Below, in pieces: positions 57,925 through 64,000 of a stretch of DNA of 64,000 nt. The notes under the pieces are model-generated. The model had not been told where the DNA came from, ran no database searches, and was given only the letters and a program-made list of their open reading frames with translations. This DNA comes from a virus. Location of the stretch: positions 34,434 through 98,433 of the IMG/VR virus record IMGVR_UViG_3300008113_000071. The stretch is one strand, 5' to 3'. Position 1 is the first letter of the stretch; every line of letters begins with the position of its first letter. The position numbers and the translations under genes are program-made.

Positions 57925-59082
57925 TTATAATAAATCGTTATTAGCTAATGCTTGTTGTTTTAATTGCTCATAGATAGTTGTTGGTTCAGGTTTAACTGTT
58001 TCAATAATTGCAGGTTCTGGACTTGTACAAGCTGGAACTTCTTCAATTACATCCTCTTCAACTTCTACTTCTTCTACTGGCATATCAGATTCTTTAATCT
58101 TAGCTACAATATCATTAGTGATAGACTCTAAGAACTCAGGGTTATCTGTTAGTAATGCTTCGAACTCCTCAATTGGATACTTAACATCAGCATATGTAAT
58201 GGTCTTACCATACTTACGCAAGATCTCAAAATCATTACCAAGCTCCATGATCTCCTTAAACTTATCAATACCTACACCATAAACAATCTCAAACTGAGAT
58301 AATCTGTAAGGAGGAGACATTTTATTCTTGATACCTTTTAGCTTAGTGATATTACCATAAGTTACATCACCATCTTTTGCAAGACTTCTGCTAACCTCTA
58401 TACGTACATCACTATAGAACTTCAATGCATGACCACCCTGAGTTGTAGTAGGATTACCAAACATCACACCAATCTTCTCACGATACTGAGAGATAACAAT
58501 AACACACACGTTGTGTTGTGATAGAGCACCTTTCAATTTAGGATATGCATTGCTATTCAATAAAGCTTTCTTACCAATAGAGCTGTCACCCACTTCACCA
58601 TCTAACACTTTCTTTGGTATTAGTGATGAATCTGAATCGATGATTACTAAATCAATCTCACCAGTCTGGATCATTTCCATTGCAATATTGAAACCTTCCT
58701 CACCACATGATGGTTGAGCAATTAACATTTTAGTTGTGTCTACACCCAAAGCTTGGAAATATTTTCTATCAACAGCATGCTCGCCATCTATATATAACAC
58801 TTTACCACCTTGTTTCTGACATTCTGCAGTTACGTGACCACAGATAGTTGATTTACCTGTACCTTCCCAACCCATCAATTCATACATCTTTCCCTTCACA
58901 AATCCACCCACACCTAGTGTAATCCAATCAAAGCCAATAGACCCTGTACTAATTACATCATAGTTGTTATTATTTTTAGAATCTAATTCTAAAACTGTCC
59001 CTACACCATAGGTTTTATTTAACCTGTCTAGTGCTTCCTGAAATTTGTTTGAGCTTTCAGTGCTCGCTGCTTTCTTTGCCAT
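57925..59082 (-). CDS. recA: RecA-family recombinase
   Basis: ISTGS, Walker A GWEGTGKST, IDGEHA, QPSCGE, IIDS, SQYREKIGVMFGNPTTTQGGHALKFY. Confidence 0.95.
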   Translation of the reverse strand: MAKKAASTESSNKFQEALDRLNKTYGVGTVLELDSKNNNNYDVISTGSIGFDWITLGVGGFVKGKMYELMGWEGTGKSTICGHVTAECQKQGGKVLYIDGEHAVDRKYFQALGVDTTKMLIAQPSCGEEGFNIAMEMIQTGEIDLVIIDSDSSLIPKKVLDGEVGDSSIGKKALLNSNAYPKLKGALSQHNVCVIVISQYREKIGVMFGNPTTTQGGHALKFYSDVRIEVSRSLAKDGDVTYGNITKLKGIKNKMSPPYRLSQFEIVYGVGIDKFKEIMELGNDFEILRKYGKTITYADVKYPIEEFEALLTDNPEFLESITNDIVAKIKESDMPVEEVEVEEDVIEEVPACTSPEPAIIETVKPEPTTIYEQLKQQALANNDLL

Positions 59083-59104
59083 AATTTAATTGTTTTTTAC
59101 TATT

Positions 59105-59136
59105 CAAATATAAGATTTTTTATCCAGTTTTCCAAA
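59105..59136 (-). promoter_or_regulatory. Canonical Bacteroidota promoter upstream of recA
   Basis: - strand TTTG (59136-33), N20, TATATTTG (59112-05). Confidence 0.8.
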
Positions 59137-59169
59137 AAATAAGCCCTGGAAGTGACAAGTTTCCAGGGC
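59134..59169 (-). terminator. Intrinsic terminator after the RNR/DUF5522 genes
   Basis: - strand GCCCTGGAA-acttgtcac-TTCCAGGGC-TTATTTTTT. Confidence 0.85.
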
Positions 59170-59200
59170 ATTATTTCAACAAAAAACAATTGGACATTGT

Positions 59201-59356
59201 TTACTTTTCTATGGGTTCTCCATAGGGGCAGTGTCTGCATTTATTACCACAGCACTTCCCTTTTTCTTTTAGATATTGAGCTGTAAATATTATCATACCA
59301 TTCTCTAGGTAGTAATGTACATTCTCAATAAATTCTTTTTTAGATGTTGACTTCAC
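59201..59356 (-). CDS. DUF5522-like Cys-rich protein (51 aa, not in ORF track)
   Basis: HYYLENGMIIFTAQYLKEKGKCCGNKCRHCPY; GTG start overlaps the RNR end. Confidence 0.75.
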   Translation of the reverse strand: MKSTSKKEFIENVHYYLENGMIIFTAQYLKEKGKCCGNKCRHCPYGEPIEK

Positions 59357-61208
59357 AGGCACCTCCTGCACATGCTGCTACTTGACCAAAGTCTACAGTA
59401 TCATCTAGTTCTAACACTTTAGTAAGATCTACATTCTTAAGAGTGATAATACGTTCTTCGTATTCTTCCTTTGTAATGTCTTCAAAAGGAGCTTGTTTGT
59501 ACGTACCACCAAAGTGTGGCAATACAGACAAACCATTATACACTTCACGATTCTCCCACATCCATGTACCAACTTCTTCCCATCCATTTTCTAGAATAGA
59601 AATAGTTGCACTTACGTTGTGTGTGTTAGCACCATCAATGTGACCAGGTTTAATCCATTCGTTAGAGAACTTCTTAACACGCTCTAGTGTATCAATAGCT
59701 GTTTCTGTTCTGAAGATAGATCCTTCAGGAGCTTTAACAGGAATACGTACACATACAGTATCTGTAGGTCTTAACACATCATCTTCACATAGCTCAGGAT
59801 GTTTATCCATTAGATATACAGCAACATCTTCATTCTTATTAAAACGCATTGTACGTAAATAATAATCATTATGCCATGCATGAATACCAGATGCTGTTCC
59901 TAGCACTAAACTAGTTGTACCAGATGGTTTAATACATGTGATACGAGCTGCTTCATTAGTTCCAATCTTCTCAGTGATGAGTTGATTAACCACCTTAGCT
60001 GTGTTAGCTGCAATCTCTAGATTGTATTTCAAGATTTCTCCTGAACCAATACCAGTCATACCTATACCTAATAGAGCATCCTTCTGAGTAGTCTTAGCCC
60101 AGATTGGACGTAGATAGTGGAAATCAAAGAAACCTGCTTGTAATGTACCAAAGAATGCTGCTACAGATACACGATCATTAAGATCTATTTGGTTCTCAAT
60201 ATCACTTACATTCACCTCACATAGGTTACAGAATTGATATGGACGCAATGCAATCTCACAGCATGGGTTAGTTCCCCAGTCTTTATCATTAGTCCAGTAG
60301 ATACCAGGCTCACCAGAACCAGATGCTTCAATACGTTCCCATAATGATTTAAACTCTTGTTCACTAATCTCACCACGCTTTAGTACAGCAGAGTTGTTTG
60401 CTCTACCACGTTGTTCATTAGTCTCCCACCAGTCACCATACTTACAAGTGATCATAGCTTCATCATCATGATCAAATAAACAGATCATTGCACTTCTTCT
60501 AATACCACCAGCTAACACAGAGTTAGCAATGAAGCAAAGAATATCATGGCATTCTAATGATGTAAGTGATTCACCTTCTTTCTTTCTTTCTAATACAGCT
60601 TGGATGTGTGATAGGCAAAGCTTCAAAGGTTCTGGACCTGGAGCTTTACCACCAGCTGTTACTAATCTAGCACCTTTCTGACGAACAGCTCTGAAATCAA
60701 ATGTAGGCATGAACTTACCTTCGAAATAAGCTTTCATCAACACCTTTACAGCATCAGCCCATCCCATAATACTATCTTCTACTAGGTAGTTACGTTTCTT
60801 ACCAGGAGTTTTAATAGTTGGTAATTGTGCTACGTGATGATTCTGTACAGAATATCCTACACCTGTTCCTCCTAATAGAAGAAACATTGTTTCAGAGAAG
60901 CTATGTAAGCTGTCTATTGGTAAATAGCAGCAATTGTATATGCGTGCATTATTAACCTCAGCAGCTGGTCCAGCAAACTGTAAAGCTCTCATAGAAGGCA
61001 ATACCTTCTTAGCTCTAATAAGCTCAGCACTTTTAATAATAGCTTCTTCTAATTTAGGATATTTCTTGATCATCATATTCTGATAACGATCTACTATCTC
61101 ATCCCATGTTTCACGTCTTTTCAGCTCAGGAATATACTTTGCATACTTGCTGAAGACAGTTAATTTTGACAGTGCATCTAAGCCCAAGTCCACTTGTTGT
61201 TCGTCCAT
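59340..61208 (-). CDS. nrdJ: Class II (adenosylcobalamin-dependent) ribonucleotide reductase
   Basis: RRETW, PSMR, YNC, GTGVG, TNPCCEI, NLCE, KPSGT, C-terminal CAGGAC; no beta subunit nearby. Confidence 0.9.
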   Translation of the reverse strand: MDEQQVDLGLDALSKLTVFSKYAKYIPELKRRETWDEIVDRYQNMMIKKYPKLEEAIIKSAELIRAKKVLPSMRALQFAGPAAEVNNARIYNCCYLPIDSLHSFSETMFLLLGGTGVGYSVQNHHVAQLPTIKTPGKKRNYLVEDSIMGWADAVKVLMKAYFEGKFMPTFDFRAVRQKGARLVTAGGKAPGPEPLKLCLSHIQAVLERKKEGESLTSLECHDILCFIANSVLAGGIRRSAMICLFDHDDEAMITCKYGDWWETNEQRGRANNSAVLKRGEISEQEFKSLWERIEASGSGEPGIYWTNDKDWGTNPCCEIALRPYQFCNLCEVNVSDIENQIDLNDRVSVAAFFGTLQAGFFDFHYLRPIWAKTTQKDALLGIGMTGIGSGEILKYNLEIAANTAKVVNQLITEKIGTNEAARITCIKPSGTTSLVLGTASGIHAWHNDYYLRTMRFNKNEDVAVYLMDKHPELCEDDVLRPTDTVCVRIPVKAPEGSIFRTETAIDTLERVKKFSNEWIKPGHIDGANTHNVSATISILENGWEEVGTWMWENREVYNGLSVLPHFGGTYKQAPFEDITKEEYEERIITLKNVDLTKVLELDDTVDFGQVAACAGGACEVNI

Positions 61209-61235
61209 TTGTTTAAATATTTTATGTTTTAAATT

Positions 61236-61283
61236 AAAAAAGAAAGGGCTGTAAAGATACTACAACCCTTTCAATTTATCAAG
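61236..61283 (-). terminator. Intrinsic terminator with embedded promoter upstream of nrdJ
   Basis: - strand GAAAGGGTTGTA-gtatctt-TACAGCCCTTTC-TTTTTT; overlapping CTTG-N20-TATCTTTA. Confidence 0.7.
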
Positions 61284-61297
61284 AGATTTAGAAAATT

Positions 61298-61549
61298 TTA
61301 ACTAACTAAATTTCTTATTGCCATACCAAGATCTGTATTGTTTGGATACTTATTAACTAGATCAATTATTTGCATCTCTAGTGTCATCTTTTTCTCTATA
61401 TAGAGAGTTGCATCCATCAGTTCTTGTTGTAGATGAATAAGATAATTGTCAGTGTTGTTCTTCTCTAGTGTTGTACCATACTTCTTGATACCTACAGAAC
61501 TTCTACCTTCGTATTTCTGTATTACTTGTTCTACTATTTGATCTTTCAT
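61298..61549 (-). CDS. Conserved phage protein, possible all-alpha NTP pyrophosphatase-like
   Basis: RS.VGIKKYGTTL...HLQQELMDATLY. Confidence 0.5.
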   Translation of the reverse strand: MKDQIVEQVIQKYEGRSSVGIKKYGTTLEKNNTDNYLIHLQQELMDATLYIEKKMTLEMQIIDLVNKYPNNTDLGMAIRNLVS

Positions 61550-61923
61550 TACAAATCTGAGTTTACTATTTTATCATTAAGTACTTGGAATACTTCCTCG
61601 ATAGCATACTTCTCTGCTTCTTTTCTACTAGAGAAGAAGTTAGGAGTTGATGCTCCATCAATGCTATACCACCACTTTCCACCATTGTGAACAGTTTCAA
61701 TAATGATCTCATTCTCATCAAAGAAATCAAATAACAATCTAGGAGCCCCATCAATCATCTTTGCAATTTTATCCTCATCAATAGGAGTGGCCCTCATCAT
61801 CTCTTTGAAATCATCAGGAACAGAATCATCGTTAAATGATTCTAACATTTTGTCTAAATACCAAGCCTGAATTAGCTTGGTAGTTTCTGGATGTTGTTTT
61901 AATAATTCTAATGTACTGCTCAT
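61549..61923 (-). CDS. Hypothetical protein
   Basis: Start reassigned to the ATGA overlap at 61923; SRKEAE motif. Confidence 0.6.
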   Translation of the reverse strand: MSSTLELLKQHPETTKLIQAWYLDKMLESFNDDSVPDDFKEMMRATPIDEDKIAKMIDGAPRLLFDFFDENEIIIETVHNGGKWWYSIDGASTPNFFSSRKEAEKYAIEEVFQVLNDKIVNSDL

Positions 61924-62123
61924 GATTGTTCCTCCAATTCTTTGTATTTGTTTTCCCACCAATCAGCCTCATACTTATATTCATCAGGCCAGTCTTGGAT
62001 GTTTCTCTCTTGTAAATCAACAGACATGTGTCTGTTCTTCATAGCTTCGATCTTGCAATAGATCATAGCTGCTTGTCTTCCATGCTCTGCAAGGATTTTC
62101 TGTGTTAATTCTTCGTTAAACAT
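61920..62123 (-). CDS. Hypothetical protein
   Basis: Overlaps both neighbours in operon fashion. Confidence 0.55.
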   Translation of the reverse strand: MFNEELTQKILAEHGRQAAMIYCKIEAMKNRHMSVDLQERNIQDWPDEYKYEADWWENKYKELEEQS

Positions 62124-62668
62124 AATTCTTTTATATTATTTAAGTTAAGAGTTTCTTCGTCCTCAAAGAAACCATTCCACACTTCTTGGTCATCAGCAAA
62201 TGATACACCAAGCTTATCTTCCCAAAATTGTATTAGATCTTCTGTTCTGTTGAATATTCGATACTGCAGACTGATCTCATCTCTGTGCAAACCATTCTTC
62301 TTAAGCTTCACTACCTTTGGAAACTTAGATTGAAATCCTTCAGAGGTTAATGAATACTTACCATGTGTGATAAGCTCAAAATCTCTTTTGTATTTCTTGT
62401 CTAGTTTATACACAACAACAACAAACCCATCCTCATAATCATAATCATCGATCACCTGCTGTGTTCTCTCATATTCTTCGTCTAGAAAATCTTTAAATAC
62501 ATCTAGATCATCAGGTTGAAAGAGAAGATATACGCAATTTTCATATTGTATATCTTTTCTTGCATCCTTGACATAAGCATTTAAGAAGTTATTACTCTTT
62601 AGTTTCTCTTTATCAATCGCAAGAGTAGGCACCATAAATATACTGGTGATTGTCTTCTTTAGCTCCAT
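62105..62668 (-). CDS. Conserved crAss-like hypothetical protein
   Basis: FMVPTL...VYLLF...GKYS pattern, next to the PD-(D/E)XK nuclease. Confidence 0.55.
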   Translation of the reverse strand: MELKKTITSIFMVPTLAIDKEKLKSNNFLNAYVKDARKDIQYENCVYLLFQPDDLDVFKDFLDEEYERTQQVIDDYDYEDGFVVVVYKLDKKYKRDFELITHGKYSLTSEGFQSKFPKVVKLKKNGLHRDEISLQYRIFNRTEDLIQFWEDKLGVSFADDQEVWNGFFEDEETLNLNNIKELCLTKN

Positions 62669-62671
62669 GTT

Positions 62672-63721
62672 CTATCTAATTTTAACTTGTCCATTACTAG
62701 TGAAATTCTCTCTTGAGATATTCCACACATTATTTTCTTGAGCCCATTTCAAATCTTGAATAAGATCTTTAACTCCTGGATACTTACGTCCTTTATATTC
62801 AAAGCCTACGTAAGCATCTTCCATGTCCTGATCACCTAATGTATAGATGAGTGGGTTCATGTAGTTGGTGCTATCGCAAACAATGAATTTAGGAAACTCT
62901 ACTTTATAACCAGCAAGTTCTTCTTCTCTCTCTGTCATGAACACACCAGCTTGCCAATAAAGTAGTGCTTGAATATAAGCTCTTCTGTAAAGATAATACT
63001 CTTCTAGGAAATTTTCAACAGACCAAGTACATTTTAAATCATAAATTTGTAATGTCTTGTTCTGGTGATCAATCACGACTTTGTCCATCATAGACTTGAA
63101 CTGATGACCATCTACAATATAACCCTCTACCTGGAACTGATTTCTCACTTCATAACGAGAACTATTAACTAGATTAACAACATCTGCAGTTGCAAAGTTG
63201 TTCTTCAATTCTTCTACAATCTTCTCAGCATTAGTAACATCTTTAGTTGTTACAACTGTAAGTCCTTTGCTTCTAATCTCTCTGATCTCTTGGTAATAAA
63301 GCTCATTATCACTGCTAATAAACTTACTAAGAACAGCTTCAAATTTAATCTTGAATCCTGAATCAACATATGCATCTCTTGCAATATCTTCAAACTCTCT
63401 AGTAATATTACCAAACTCATCTGTAGCATTTGCACTGTGGCGATATAATGCTTCAACAAAATCTAACATCAATCCTGTTGGTGCACTTGCTAAAGCAGAT
63501 AGATAGAATCTACCATCAAACTCTTCTGGTTCCATGAGTAGAGTTTCTACAATTCTACCCATGTTAGCAGCCAAGTTTTCTTTCTCTGCAACTTCTTCAC
63601 TAAGGACATATTTTTTGTAATACTTTCTCCTGTCCATGGAGAACTCTTTTAGACTAGAAGAGCTATCCAATAGGACAGCTCTGTAGTTTGCTTCTGTTTT
63701 ACTTTTTCCCTGTATCATCAT
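62672..63721 (-). CDS. PD-(D/E)XK exonuclease-like protein
   Basis: SSSSLKEF, MG..V, FKSMMDKV, IYDLK, YIQALLY. Confidence 0.8.
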   Translation of the reverse strand: MMIQGKSKTEANYRAVLLDSSSSLKEFSMDRRKYYKKYVLSEEVAEKENLAANMGRIVETLLMEPEEFDGRFYLSALASAPTGLMLDFVEALYRHSANATDEFGNITREFEDIARDAYVDSGFKIKFEAVLSKFISSDNELYYQEIREIRSKGLTVVTTKDVTNAEKIVEELKNNFATADVVNLVNSSRYEVRNQFQVEGYIVDGHQFKSMMDKVVIDHQNKTLQIYDLKCTWSVENFLEEYYLYRRAYIQALLYWQAGVFMTEREEELAGYKVEFPKFIVCDSTNYMNPLIYTLGDQDMEDAYVGFEYKGRKYPGVKDLIQDLKWAQENNVWNISRENFTSNGQVKIR

Positions 63722-63956
63722 CTTGGGCTTTAGATTTAAACGCTTCTATTATCTGTGGTATGAGTGCTCTCACTTCCCTAGGAACTCTAGCAAAGAACCA
63801 ACGAACATCTATTTCATATTCATTCCCATTGATATCTATTCCTTTAGGATGTATCAACCAGAACTGATGTTCTTTACCTTCGTGTATCACTTTACCTTCA
63901 TGCCATATCTCATAGAATGATGGCTCTCTATTAATTTCTATTCTGTTCTGTTCCAT
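63699..63956 (-). CDS. Hypothetical protein
   Basis: TAATG overlap with an upstream partial ORF running off the window end. Confidence 0.6.
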   Translation of the reverse strand: MEQNRIEINREPSFYEIWHEGKVIHEGKEHQFWLIHPKGIDINGNEYEIDVRWFFARVPREVRALIPQIIEAFKSKAQDDDTGKK

Positions 63957-64000
63957 TATAATTCTATTGTATCAGGTTCCCAATTATATCCAATTAACTT

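Larger units (their letters stand above)
1..64000. mobile_element. crAss-like (Crassvirales-type) bacteriophage genome segment, probable Bacteroidota host
   Basis: Giant virion RNAP with RIPTQ...GSDFDIDK motif flanked by other giant cargo-type genes; tail stabilisation protein; convergent structural (+) and replication (-) blocks; dense TAATG-overlapped genes; Bacteroidota-type promoters; no host housekeeping context. Confidence 0.9.

Noticed and set aside
57925-61208. Inteins or introns in recA and nrdJ
   Set aside because: Both have ordinary lengths and contiguous motifs
1-64000. Stop-codon reassignment, as seen in some crAss-like phages
   Set aside because: Genes, including the 12-kb RNAP, are intact and densely packed under the standard code; no fragmentation at TAG/TGA
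1-64000. CRISPR array, tRNA/rRNA genes, DGR or retron reverse transcriptase
   Set aside because: No spaced identical repeats, cloverleaf or RT motifs seen; intergenic gaps are short. A tRNAscan/Infernal run would be needed to exclude small RNAs fully.

Overview
The window is 64 kb of an AT-rich crAss-like (Crassvirales-type) bacteriophage genome, most likely infecting a Bacteroidota host. Host evidence: several canonical Bacteroidota TTTG-N19/20-TAnnTTTG promoters and A-rich translation starts without Shine-Dalgarno sequences. Positions 1-54137 are almost entirely + strand late/virion genes. These include a split tail-stabilisation (muzzle-like) gene loaded with Thr/Cys-rich modules, internal cargo proteins, a 4145-aa virion RNA polymerase (GSDFDIDK motif), a 1679-aa ejected protein, a GTS-repeat fibre, a lysis/envelope cassette and a run of small Lys-rich proteins. 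Positions 54134-64000 are - strand glycan-modifying and replication/nucleotide genes (methyltransferase, GT2, GT11, GroES-like, thioredoxin, HNH, dUTPase, RecA, class II RNR, PD-(D/E)XK nuclease). Three candidate systems stand out. (1) A phage-encoded protein O-glycosylation system: a TibC/Aah-like GT and a plant HPAT/SGT1-like GT sit directly beside mucin-like poly-Thr and GTS-repeat proteins, and GT2, GT11 and an O-methyltransferase are also present. (2) A secreted cell-envelope module interleaved with the lysis genes: CsgG-like protein, cohesin/dockerin-like protein, lipoprotein and beta-barrel. (3) A short K-hydrophobic-(Q/K)-x-G-G motif repeated across cargo proteins and Lys-rich proteins about 40 kb apart. 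All family calls come from motif recognition by eye; no database search was run.
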